Source: Escherichia phage FFH2. Taken from it: DNA of 64,000 bases. Both the position numbers and the translations under genes were made by a program. The stretch lies in sequence record KJ190158. One strand, written 5' to 3'. Each line of letters starts with the position of its first letter. Positions within the stretch are counted from its first letter, which is position 1. The notes under the pieces were generated by a model, which saw only the letters and a program-made list of their open reading frames with translations, did no database searches and was not told the DNA's origin. Below are positions 47,425 through 56,074 of this stretch, one piece after another.

Positions 47425-47470
47425 TTACTTTATTGATGGCCCTGAAGTCAAGGCCATCTAAAAATAAATT
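47425..47470 (-). repeat. conserved 45-bp promoter-associated hairpin element, copy 1
   Basis: tttactttattGATGGCCctgaagtcaaGGCCATCtaaaaataaatt; minus strand carries TTGACT in the loop and TAAATT 18 nt downstream. Confidence 0.5.
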
Positions 47471-47671
47471 TTACAGGCCTACAATCTCTTTGATTCGTTT
47501 AACCGCCGCCTCAGCGCCTTGGGGGTAAAAATTATGGTAACCAATCACGCGAGTGATACTAATCGCCGTTTGATGATCTTCATAGTCGCCCTTGAAGATT
47601 TCTTGACCGTCAATCAGCACGGCAATTTTTTCTTCTTTTTTGAAGTTAATAACGCGGATATTGTTGCTCAT
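47471..47671 (-). CDS. hypothetical protein (66 aa)
   Basis: Strong SD. Confidence 0.4.
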   Translation of the reverse strand: MSNNIRVINFKKEEKIAVLIDGQEIFKGDYEDHQTAISITRVIGYHNFYPQGAEAAVKRIKEIVGL

Positions 47672-48149
47672 TTTTGTTTCTCCTTTCTGGTTTTTGTGTT
47701 GGTGGGGATGTTTCCCCGTTGATTGTTATTATCCATATTGCGGACCAGATTGCAACACCCTGGAAGAAAAATTTTTTGAAAAAGTTAAGCCCCCATGATC
47801 GGGGGCGTTATCAGTTACTTATAGCAATAAAGTACATTCCTACCCCTAACAATATTTCAAGGGCGATGATCTCAAGCCATACCATAACACGGCGCACCTT
47901 ATCAGCGCATGGCTTATCCTTGGTTGTCATCGTCTCCCCCTTCCCTCCTGTTAGTAGTGACGTGGTTTACAATGGCCCCCAGGAGTCCTATCACCACGCA
48001 CACCACAAGAAAAATTATCTCCGCTGTTGTTCGATCCATTGTTATAAAATTCCTCAAGATCAGGCCTGAAAATAAAGCGTTCGTTATTGAATCCGTCACG
48101 CCAGGCGGCTGGCTTCAAATCTTCACTAAAGGGATTAATTAACGTGACG

Positions 48150-48521
48150 TTATTTAAACGGCTGGTCCACATATTTTCTATTCCTCTCAAATAGGCGATC
48201 CGCCTCAGTTAAACATATCTCATGGGCTTGGTCTCTGGTTTTAGCCTCATCAAAAACCTGTTGTGCCAGGCTGCAGCGTAGGGAGACTGGAAGATCACTA
48301 TAATAGGCGTTGACAAACGTTTGTGCGTCATACAGGTCGGAAAACACTTTACCCTTTCTATTATCGCCCTTGTCAACAATTGCAAGGATAACCAATACAA
48401 TAGTTGCAACCACTCCCAGGAAAATAGATATAACAAACCATAGAAAAGCGGATCTACCTATCTTGCCAGCGATCCAGGCGTTGAACAAGGCAACTACTAC
48501 AGCCAAAATAATAAATTCCAT
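48150..48521 (-). CDS. small membrane protein (about 123 aa)
   Basis: Start reassigned to internal ATG 48519-48521 with AAGAGG SD; 2-3 hydrophobic helices. Confidence 0.4.
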   Translation of the reverse strand: MEFIILAVVVALFNAWIAGKIGRSAFLWFVISIFLGVVATIVLVILAIVDKGDNRKGKVFSDLYDAQTFVNAYYSDLPVSLRCSLAQQVFDEAKTRDQAHEICLTEADRLFERNRKYVDQPFK

Positions 48522-48585
48522 TCTATGTACCTCTTTTGCAGTTCTGTTTAACAATAAGGCGGCAAATATGCCGCCTGTTACCTGA

Positions 48586-48966
48586 TTAAAAATTATCGCC
48601 GTAAATCTTTCCGCTTTCTGCCCACACCACCACGCGGGGCATGTTATCCCATACATCTTGTTTCAGATTTAACGCGTGCAATTCTTCGGTGGTGCTCATA
48701 CCAGGCACGGGCTGATTGTATACTGCAAAACGACCACCTGCATAATCATAGGCCAGGGTTAAATCACACTGAATCATCTTTTTGATCATGGCGTTGAGCA
48801 TAGCGTTAGCCGCATACTGGTCACGTTTTAAAGGCAACTCTTTGATTAGTTTGCGATAGTTTTCAATGTGATCGCACACTGTTTCACGTGGAAGATCTTT
48901 CATATCCTCGCGAAAGGTAACCAGGTTAAACATAACGGTGTCAATAGCTTTAGTAGTGTTTTTCAT
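48586..48966 (-). CDS. hypothetical protein (126 aa)
   Basis: Promoter TTGCAA-16-TATATT and 5' hairpin GGGGGCAAGacgtttGCCCC upstream. Confidence 0.4.
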   Translation of the reverse strand: MKNTTKAIDTVMFNLVTFREDMKDLPRETVCDHIENYRKLIKELPLKRDQYAANAMLNAMIKKMIQCDLTLAYDYAGGRFAVYNQPVPGMSTTEELHALNLKQDVWDNMPRVVVWAESGKIYGDNF

Positions 48967-49055
48967 AATGTTTTCCTCTTTGTTTTGTGTGGGGCAAACG
49001 TCTTGCCCCCTTGAGTTTTAATATAGCAGGTTTTTAGATTATTGCAACACTTTAT

Positions 49056-49679
49056 TTATGAAAAACTCATCTCTCCATATTCATCTACATCAAACCGCCA
49101 ATCATTGGCCTCAATAAGGCCGATCAGGTTTTCGGTAGTGAACTGCTCTAGATAGGCCTCCTCCAGGTCTACGTAAACCTTGCGGGATAGCTCCCGTACC
49201 GTCTCGGTGATCAGCTCTTCCAGGTCTTCCACTTTGTTTTCTTGTTTGGCGGTCAGATCTAGCCAGGTGGTATCAATGTATCCGCTTACAGTGTTTTCAT
49301 GGCTGTAATGGCTGTACTTGTCGCGTTCAATACTGGCTGATAACTCGCCATCGTGCATTGTGCCGAACAAGTGACGAATTGATCGGAACTTGGTCAGGGC
49401 CTTTACTTTACGCAAGAATTTTTCTAAATCCACGTTTTCAGCACTGATTGACGCGCCGTCACCCTGGCACCAAAAGCCGGACCAATGTACATCGGTATCT
49501 TCAAGGCCGTACTCTGGAAAAACTTGTTCTTTATAATATTCAATTACACTTTCTGCGAAAAAATCCTCTCCGCTGTGTTCTTCTCTTTCGCGGACCATTT
49601 CAATAGCTTTTTCTTTTTGTTCGTCGGTCAGCACGTCGAAAGATAAATTGCAACCTGTGGTAATGTTAACGGTGGTCAT
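49056..49679 (-). CDS. hypothetical acidic protein (207 aa)
   Basis: Promoter TTGACA-16-TATAAT and 5' hairpin upstream. Confidence 0.45.
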   Translation of the reverse strand: MTTVNITTGCNLSFDVLTDEQKEKAIEMVREREEHSGEDFFAESVIEYYKEQVFPEYGLEDTDVHWSGFWCQGDGASISAENVDLEKFLRKVKALTKFRSIRHLFGTMHDGELSASIERDKYSHYSHENTVSGYIDTTWLDLTAKQENKVEDLEELITETVRELSRKVYVDLEEAYLEQFTTENLIGLIEANDWRFDVDEYGEMSFS

Positions 49680-49736
49680 GATATTTTCTCCTGTTTTCTT
49701 TGTTAGTGGCGGGAAGTTTTCCCGCCTGTGTGTTTA

Positions 49737-49764
49737 ATTATACTTATTGAGATTTACTTGTCAA
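49737..49764 (-). promoter_or_regulatory. sigma70-like promoter (TTGACA-16-TATAAT) followed by 5' stem-loop GGCGGGAAaactTCCCGCC (49708-49726)
   Basis: Read directly on minus strand. Confidence 0.5.
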
Positions 49765-50014
49765 CACTATTTTTTAAATTATTGTGGCGCAAAATGTTTA
49801 AAATCTCTTCAACGTCATCAACACGGCGGCAATTTTTAAACGCTACCAATTGCCCCATGATTTTAATCACTGGGCGGCCTTGCCAGTGCCCCTGGAGAAA
49901 GCGCGCCTTGACTTTATCGGTGGGACTATCACGCCACCAAATGGCCTTGTTATTGCAGTAGTAAAAATTATTCAGGACAATATCAACTTTATCAAAATTT
50001 TTTAATTTACGCAT
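49754..50014 (-). CDS. hypothetical protein (86 aa)
   Basis: Co-oriented ORF. Confidence 0.35.
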   Translation of the reverse strand: MRKLKNFDKVDIVLNNFYYCNNKAIWWRDSPTDKVKARFLQGHWQGRPVIKIMGQLVAFKNCRRVDDVEEILNILRHNNLKNSVDK

Positions 50015-50259
50015 AGTGTTTACTCCTTCCTTCTTGCTTTGATGTGGTTAGTATATCCGGACTATTCCAAGGTGTCAAGCTTTAAATAAAATCACTGTCA
50101 ATGATATTTTTAACACCATAAAACGGCCCTAGGCGATGTTTTCAGGTTAATAAAGGGGATTGCATAGGTAGGGGCTTTTGTGGCGTTTGTGGGGCCAACC
50201 AGGGGCGCTATTCGTAGGATAGAAATAAAAAGCCCCGCACAATGGCGGGGCGTTGGTTG

Positions 50260-50481
50260 CTATTTGTCTTTGTGGCGGTATCGTTCCGCCTGTCGTTCAC
50301 GTTCCAAAAGCAGGCCCGGTAATTTGCGATCATAGTGATTTCTCCAGATCTTCCCGAACCTTTTCGGTTTATTCAGTTTATTGTTACGCTGGCGGCGTTC
50401 CGGCAGCTCTTCGGAATCGTGGGGGCGCTTTACAATTTTTTCGAAATTAATTTTCATAAACGCCCCCTTTACTGATCTCAA
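50260..50481 (-). CDS. small highly basic protein (73 aa)
   Basis: Arg/Lys-rich; possible nucleic-acid binder. Confidence 0.35.
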   Translation of the reverse strand: MRSVKGAFMKINFEKIVKRPHDSEELPERRQRNNKLNKPKRFGKIWRNHYDRKLPGLLLERERQAERYRHKDK

Positions 50482-50818
50482 TATTTGCCTGAATCGCCCG
50501 GATACGACGTTTTATAGTCTCCTGATCCTTGCAATCATATCCCCAAAAGTCTACGATTTTTGCGCCGCCAGCCTTTAAGCGGTATAATGTTTCTTGCATC
50601 TTGTAAGCTGGGATCGGTCTCGGTGTTACCTGGTCCCCTTTCCCATCCTTGTACTTGATAATGTAGTCTTCGTTGTCGTTGAATACCCAAAATGGGTATT
50701 CTGTAAGCGCGTTGCTCTCTTTTTCGTTTTTGGATTGGATCTTGTTTACAATTAAAGCCGTAGCAATAGCGCCAATAATAAAACTTGCCCCGCTGATCAT
50801 GTTACTTTCTCCTTTCAT
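50447..50818 (-). CDS. membrane-anchored protein (123 aa)
   Basis: N-terminal hydrophobic helix. Confidence 0.4.
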   Translation of the reverse strand: MKGESNMISGASFIIGAIATALIVNKIQSKNEKESNALTEYPFWVFNDNEDYIIKYKDGKGDQVTPRPIPAYKMQETLYRLKAGGAKIVDFWGYDCKDQETIKRRIRAIQANIEISKGGVYEN

Positions 50819-50876
50819 TGTGCTGATAAACTATCTTTATAGATGGCCCTGCCACCAGGACCACCGAAAAAACAGT

Positions 50877-51122
50877 TTATTTGACGATACCGACAAAACA
50901 GATCCCGCCTTCCCCTATATAGGCAATATCGGTAATTTTATAATTTGTCAAGATCCGCGTGTTCAGATCATTAATAAAATCGGTCATCGCGTTGGTGTAG
51001 TTGTCTTCCGTGTCTAAGGCATAATCCCAGGTGTAAACCTTTTTACGTCCGAAGCCTTTTACCATGATACGGGCGCTTTTGGTGTTGGTAGGGGCATAAT
51101 ATTTGGTAATTAGTGCGGCCAT
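50877..51122 (-). CDS. hypothetical protein (81 aa)
   Basis: Preceded by conserved promoter-hairpin repeat copy 2. Confidence 0.4.
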   Translation of the reverse strand: MAALITKYYAPTNTKSARIMVKGFGRKKVYTWDYALDTEDNYTNAMTDFINDLNTRILTNYKITDIAYIGEGGICFVGIVK

Positions 51123-51165
51123 TGTTTTAACTCCTCTATATTAGTTCAGTGTTAACAGTGTAAAG

Positions 51166-51213
51166 TTTACTTTATTGATGGCCCTGGAGTCAAGGCCATC
51201 TAAAAATAAATTT
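51166..51213 (-). repeat. conserved 45-bp promoter-associated hairpin element, copy 2
   Basis: Near-identical to copy 1 (ctggag in place of ctgaag). Confidence 0.5.
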
Positions 51214-51553
51214 ACTCGTTTTCTTCCAGTTCTGCAAGCTCTTCTTTCACTTCTTCAAGCTCTGTCTGTAATTCTTGGTATTCTTCATCGTCCTCAATAT
51301 CCAGGCTGTCGATGTAGTCGCTAAATCCGCAGCGGTAAGCGATAGGATCTAGCTCCTTGAGGATACGCGACGGAAGAAAAGAAATGTTTCCGATCATAAT
51401 TTCGCCGTAGATCTCGTCTAACCATTCATCATAGTTTTCGTCGTACTTGTCCTCGTCGATTTCAAAGTTATCGATCTTATTCTCAAGGTCTGCGATCTGT
51501 TTTTTCAGCGCGGCGATCTGCATGGCTTTTTCTGCGGCGGTCATAGTAGTCAT
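51212..51553 (-). CDS. hypothetical acidic coiled-coil protein (113 aa)
   Basis: Promoter TTGACA-18-TACTAA and 5' hairpin upstream. Confidence 0.4.
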   Translation of the reverse strand: MTTMTAAEKAMQIAALKKQIADLENKIDNFEIDEDKYDENYDEWLDEIYGEIMIGNISFLPSRILKELDPIAYRCGFSDYIDSLDIEDDEEYQELQTELEEVKEELAELEENE

Positions 51554-51631
51554 GGTGTTTTCTCCTTTTGTGTGTTCTGGGAAGTTTTCCCGTTTATGTG
51601 TTTAGTATACTGATCTAAGTTAGCTTGTCAA

Positions 51632-51751
51632 TTAAAAGTTTAAGAAAAATTTTGCGATACCGTTGGCGCTACCCATCAACATTTGCGCCAGGATGTAACC
51701 AATGATGCAAACGATAATAGTTACCTTTGTGTGCTGGCGTGTAGTACTCAT
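51632..51751 (-). CDS. small hydrophobic peptide (39 aa)
   Basis: Below cutoff; AAGGAGG SD; downstream of promoter-hairpin repeat copy 3. Confidence 0.3.
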   Translation of the reverse strand: MSTTRQHTKVTIIVCIIGYILAQMLMGSANGIAKFFLNF

Positions 51752-51783
51752 CTTCAAGCCTCCTTTTAGCTTAACTGGGATTA

Positions 51784-51830
51784 GTTTACTTTATTGATGG
51801 CCCTGGCGTCAAGACCATCTAAAAATAAAC
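51784..51830 (-). repeat. conserved 45-bp promoter-associated hairpin element, copy 3
   Basis: Near-identical to copies 1 and 2. Confidence 0.5.
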
Positions 51831-52226
51831 TTAGTAAGTTTTCAGTACTTTCCCGTCCAATCTGTCAAGCTGGATCTCGATAGCTGCAGAAAACCTATTA
51901 TAAACCACATCGCCCATGGAGTCCAGCCAATCTATGACGTTATACACCTGCTCTTTATTCTTGCAAGTCCGGATCCGTTTCATTACGTAAGACGGATCAA
52001 TATTAGTGCTCTCGTTGTTGTGGTCATGCGCCTGGCCTGCTGCATTAGTTATAGATTTTACAACCACCTGAAAGGGCTTTAAGGTGCCTTTTGCGTTCAT
52101 CTCACGCGCTTTTGCGGCGCGGTTGTTATATGTTACACAACGGCGGCAAATGTTGACCAAATGCATATCAATAATTTTTTCATCGTTTGCCAGTTCGTTC
52201 ATGATGCGGCGTACGTTCTTATTCAT
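51831..52226 (-). CDS. hypothetical protein (131 aa)
   Basis: Promoter TTGACA-16-TAAACT and 5' hairpin GGCGGGAAtgttTCCCGCC upstream. Confidence 0.4.
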   Translation of the reverse strand: MNKNVRRIMNELANDEKIIDMHLVNICRRCVTYNNRAAKAREMNAKGTLKPFQVVVKSITNAAGQAHDHNNESTNIDPSYVMKRIRTCKNKEQVYNVIDWLDSMGDVVYNRFSAAIEIQLDRLDGKVLKTY

Positions 52227-52312
52227 GATCTTTTTCCTTTGTGTTGGCGGGAAACATTCCCGCCTTTTGTGCCCAGTTTACTTTAATTTTGCAGCGTGTC
52301 AATAATTTTTTT

Positions 52313-52711
52313 TTATTCGTGGGCGCATGTCACAATGTGCTTTTTATACCCCAGGTGGGCAGCAAGTGCTGACAAAAACTCATCTTCATAGATCCAGCCG
52401 TTGGCAGTGATCCCCATAGCATTTAACGCGCTTTCAAGTGCTGCATTGGCCTTATCATAACCGTGACCGCTCGCCTTGCCACCAGTATAACCGTACTTGT
52501 TGTTCTTGCTGTCGTGCATCCAAAAGACGCAATAATGAGTGTTACCGCTGGAGGCGGCATAGTACCGGATCTCCGCTACTTCGTGCAAATTATTATCATC
52601 GTCCAGGCCAACCAGATTATAAGCCTTGTAAAATCCACGATCACGGCGGCAGTTCTTGACATCAGAAAAAGAGAAGTCGGCATTGTCAAAATTAAAGGTT
52701 GTGGTTTTCAT
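52313..52711 (-). CDS. hypothetical protein (132 aa)
   Basis: Co-oriented ORF. Confidence 0.4.
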   Translation of the reverse strand: MKTTTFNFDNADFSFSDVKNCRRDRGFYKAYNLVGLDDDNNLHEVAEIRYYAASSGNTHYCVFWMHDSKNNKYGYTGGKASGHGYDKANAALESALNAMGITANGWIYEDEFLSALAAHLGYKKHIVTCAHE

Positions 52712-52775
52712 GATTTTATCCTCTTAGTGTCTTTTGTGATTTCAGTATATTTTGTGTCGGGGCGTATGTCAATAC

Positions 52776-52973
52776 TTATTTTTTATTAAACCAGTGATTG
52801 ATCTGACCTTTTGTCAGGGCGCAACGATTAAGTTGGTGCCGGGTATAGCTCTGACCGCGACGGAATTTATAAAGGCCTTGCCCGTTGTTGATGGTTACGT
52901 CCACCTGGCAAACCATTTGATCGGTGACCACCTGGCGAGCGTTGCGACGTACTTTGATTCCGTAGGCGTTCAT
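52776..52973 (-). CDS. small basic protein (65 aa)
   Basis: Co-oriented ORF. Confidence 0.35.
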   Translation of the reverse strand: MNAYGIKVRRNARQVVTDQMVCQVDVTINNGQGLYKFRRGQSYTRHQLNRCALTKGQINHWFNKK

Positions 52974-53058
52974 GATTTTTTATCCTCTCTGTTAATTAGT
53001 GTGGTGTTGTTCACCTTGCGAGGATAAGAATAACAAGAACTGTCCGAGCTGTCAACTA

Positions 53059-53235
53059 TTAGTTAAAATTATTTTTTGGGCGGAATTCTCCAGCCGCCGC
53101 CCCTGCCAGGTTAACCATCATTTTTTCGTACTCTTCTTTATATTCCAACGCTCCCGCTATAGCCTTTTCAACCAGGGCGATAGCCTCAGCGTCATTAATA
53201 GCTACATTTTCCAGGGGGATCATATTACCTTTCAT
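53059..53235 (-). CDS. small protein (58 aa), below ORF-track cutoff
   Basis: GAGGAGG SD; Ala-rich. Confidence 0.3.
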   Translation of the reverse strand: MKGNMIPLENVAINDAEAIALVEKAIAGALEYKEEYEKMMVNLAGAAAGEFRPKNNFN

Positions 53236-53394
53236 TTTTGTACCTCCTCTTCAATTGTTACCTATCCTATAGCATAGGCCCACCAGGTTTACAAGCCTTC
53301 ATTCTCTCCTACCTGGTCAGTTAGGTCCTGCCAGGCTGGCCCCACTAGGTTGCAGCGGTTAGTGCATCAGGTTAGAAAAATTTTTTGAAAAGTG

Positions 53395-53520
53395 TTGACA
53401 GCGGCCCCGCCAGGTGGCACAATATACCTATCGAAAGGACGGCAGGCACCGGTGACGGGGGAGACAACCACCGGGGATGGGCGCTGCATAAAATGAGAAC
53501 GGTTATCATTATCATTTAAA
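53395..53520 (+). ncRNA. candidate small RNA unit 1 (promoter, GC hairpin with GGGAGACAACCACCGG, then GAGAACGGTTATCATT tail)
   Basis: TTGACA at 53395; shares hairpin and tail motifs with unit 2. Confidence 0.3.
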
Positions 53521-53538
53521 AATTTATGCAAAAAATCC

Positions 53539-53660
53539 TTGCTTTCTTTGTCCTGTGTGATACTATAATAACAAGCCGGGGCAACAGGGGCCGGGAGACA
53601 ATCACCGGGCCTGCCCGTTATTCTGCAAACGAGAATGATTATCATTCAAAATTCTAAATG
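53539..53660 (+). ncRNA. candidate small RNA unit 2 (TTGCTT ... TATAAT, GGGAGACAATCACCGG hairpin, GAGAATGATTATCATT tail)
   Basis: Tandem to unit 1 in a non-coding island. Confidence 0.3.
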
Positions 53661-53762
53661 AGAACTCCTCGCATTTAATAAATTTAATTAGCACGCTAAT
53701 TACACTCCGTAACAATTTACTATAAAATAGTATCCACTAAAATATTCCCATATAGAAATTTT

Positions 53763-53950
53763 AAAAATCCATTTCTGAAAACGAAAAATCGATTTCGTCC
53801 CTAAAAATTTCAGGCCTAGATCCGGAACGATTTCCAGAAAATCCGATTCAGAAAACGAAAAACAGATCGAGTACTGAGAAATTTATCGAGAAAAATTTTC
53901 AGAAAATCCAAGCCCTGAAATGAAAAGTAGATCGAGTACCTGGAAAGCTG
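53763..53950. repeat. three degenerate tandem direct repeats (about 65 bp each; core AGAAAATCC ... CTGAAAACGAAAA ... GATCGAGTAC)
   Basis: Read directly; inverted partial copies at 54112-54215. Confidence 0.55.
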
Positions 53951-54251
53951 CACCGCAACTTCAAGATAGTGGTTAGATTGTTACCATAGAAGGTCAAGGG
54001 TAAGTGGAGGAAGTTCTAGTAGAGGGAGGTTAGCATGTGTGGGAAATCTATAATGGTGGCCTGGAATATAGTGCAAACGATAGGATGAGTTATTCAGCTT
54101 GTCGCGCCTACTCTGAAAAATCCATTTTAGTTTTCGATCCATTTTCTGATTTTCTAAGAATTTTAAAATATCCGGCCCGGTGAAATATCAAAAGGAGGAA
54201 ATCCATTTTAGAAATCCCCCTTATACTTGATATGCCAGGAATTTTCAAGTA

Positions 54252-54581
54252 TCAGCTGTCTTTGTTTTTAGGTTTGTACATGCGCAGAGGTATGGTCTTT
54301 GTAACATTCCATTTCCTCAACCCTTCCCAGCTCCAGTTGTGGGCGTGATACCCGGTTATGCATGCACTGCTGGCGTGATCATAAGCATAAGAGAACGCTA
54401 TGTGCACCAGGTGGGGCCAGTCCTTCCACGGCTGTGGACCGTAAGCCTTTCTCCAACACCGACACAAACTAATTGTCTCAAGAATAGGGAGAATAACAAT
54501 TCCATATACCACCACCAGAATGGTCAGTGCAATGATTGTCAGGAACACATACCCTGCAGTTGAAATGATGATCTCTGTCAT
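54252..54581 (-). CDS. membrane protein (109 aa)
   Basis: Two hydrophobic helices. Confidence 0.4.
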   Translation of the reverse strand: MTEIIISTAGYVFLTIIALTILVVVYGIVILPILETISLCRCWRKAYGPQPWKDWPHLVHIAFSYAYDHASSACITGYHAHNWSWEGLRKWNVTKTIPLRMYKPKNKDS

Positions 54582-54781
54582 TTGTCGTCCCCTTTCTTAC
54601 GAATATAGATGTGAGAGCCTGCCTGTATATAAATTTCTCGACCATCCTCTGCAAAGATATGAAATACACGATCACCTTCGTACTCGATACGAGATATCTT
54701 CATAATGGTCTTTCCACCTGGGATACGGATCTCGTCCCCCACAGCGATGTTCCATGCAGATTTAAGCTTAAACATCTGCAC
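54578..54781 (-). CDS. hypothetical protein (67 aa)
   Basis: Overlapping start/stop. Confidence 0.35.
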   Translation of the reverse strand: MQMFKLKSAWNIAVGDEIRIPGGKTIMKISRIEYEGDRVFHIFAEDGREIYIQAGSHIYIRKKGDDK

Positions 54782-55013
54782 CCTCCTTTGGGAACTTGAA
54801 CTCTGGCATAGCCATATACGCTACAACAGGGTTGTGATCAAAGTAGAACTGACCGTTAATTATCCCGGTTTTGTCCACATAGTTACCAGATCCTGCAAGA
54901 ACAACCTCGCAAGCTCCGAAATCCACATTGCCATTCTCATCTGCCATGGCTACAATATACTTTCCTAGAGGCATGTTTTTAACGCCGTCTACAAATGTCC
55001 ACCCTTTGTTCAT
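54768..55013 (-). CDS. hypothetical protein (81 aa)
   Basis: Co-oriented ORF. Confidence 0.35.
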   Translation of the reverse strand: MNKGWTFVDGVKNMPLGKYIVAMADENGNVDFGACEVVLAGSGNYVDKTGIINGQFYFDHNPVVAYMAMPEFKFPKEGADV

Positions 55014-55034
55014 AACTTTATCTCCTGGACTTTC

Positions 55035-55367
55035 TTAAGGTAACCAGTAAACAATTTCGCCTTTCAGTTCCATGTCGTTACCGACATAGATTTTCCAGCC
55101 ATCCATTTTAGCCACTGCAGGAGTGAAGTCCGAAGAACCACTAACCTCTTTCCAAGTCCCGTAGTCAGGTTGCCAGATATAGAATCCACCTTCCTTGTCC
55201 CATGCTCCATATACCACATCGAGCAGGTTGCCCATTGCAACAATAGTAGGCCGTGGGAACAATGCATCTACAGATGCGCCACAATATCTAGTATCTTTTA
55301 AATTGCACTCCCAAAAGATGTCTGCCAGTGTGGCGGCGATAGCTTTACGTCTTTCTAATGTTACCAT
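55035..55367 (-). CDS. hypothetical protein (110 aa)
   Basis: Co-oriented ORF. Confidence 0.4.
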   Translation of the reverse strand: MVTLERRKAIAATLADIFWECNLKDTRYCGASVDALFPRPTIVAMGNLLDVVYGAWDKEGGFYIWQPDYGTWKEVSGSSDFTPAVAKMDGWKIYVGNDMELKGEIVYWLP

Positions 55368-55374
55368 ATCATAC

Positions 55375-55566
55375 TCACTTGTTGTTGATAAGTTCTAAAA
55401 CTTTCTGTCTTACTTTGTCAAGGTCTGTGGATTCAAAAACTGTACGATATCCCCAACTTTGCCCATAGGAGTGACTGCAATCCCCGTAGCACCATTGCTC
55501 AATTTGATAGTATTCAAGGAACGGGTGCTGTCTAACTATGATACCATCCCGGTTAAAAATTACCAT
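55375..55566 (-). CDS. hypothetical protein (63 aa)
   Basis: Co-oriented ORF. Confidence 0.35.
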   Translation of the reverse strand: MVIFNRDGIIVRQHPFLEYYQIEQWCYGDCSHSYGQSWGYRTVFESTDLDKVRQKVLELINNK

Positions 55567-55629
55567 AATACATCACTCTCTGTTAGTTTATGCATATATT
55601 ATACACTGCAGTTTTCAGATGTCAATCTT

Positions 55630-55881
55630 TTACAGGTTACTCCAGTATAATCGGCATTTACATTTTGGGCAATAAGGTTCTTTTATGTAATAACCATCAG
55701 TCTTTGGAACACTTTTTGGTGCAGTTTTAAGATTGTACCTGGTAAAACATCGGAAGCAGGTTACCTCTCCCACCTGTTGATCGTTGATCCACTCACCAGA
55801 GTAAAGCTCTTTCTTGTTTCTCATAATTCTCTCCCAAATCCTCTGCAATCTTATACCAAAATCTCCAGCCAGAAAGCACAC
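55630..55881 (-). CDS. small Cys-containing protein (possible zinc ribbon; start uncertain)
   Basis: CFRCF ... CPKCKC. Confidence 0.35.
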   Translation of the reverse strand: MCFLAGDFGIRLQRIWERIMRNKKELYSGEWINDQQVGEVTCFRCFTRYNLKTAPKSVPKTDGYYIKEPYCPKCKCRLYWSNL

Positions 55882-56074
55882 GGGAACACTTTGAGGATTG
55901 AATCTTTACTTGGCTCGGAAGTTCTTTTTCCGTATGGTAGGTAGAAATACCCTCCTGCAGACTCTAACACAGCCCCTTCGGTTGTATCTATCACAGCCAG
56001 AATTAAGATTTTAGTCTCCATAGTGCTCCCTCTCTCAATCGTTGTGGTGACTATACCATCTCAAAAACCAGCTG

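Noticed and set aside
53477-53640. Calling the GATAAT-type palindromes genuine Fur boxes as a feature
   Set aside because: Only partial matches to the 19-bp consensus, and the same words recur as part of a longer phage-specific motif; kept as a hypothesis in findings only.
53367-53645. 92-aa minus-strand ORF
   Set aside because: Spans the tandem promoter/hairpin units; Pro/Gly/Ala-rich translation from GC hairpins; no SD.
53763-53950. Possible CRISPR array from the tandem repeats
   Set aside because: Repeats are degenerate (about 60-70% identical), of unequal length, with no uniform unique spacers and no cas genes nearby; more consistent with iterons or regulatory repeats.
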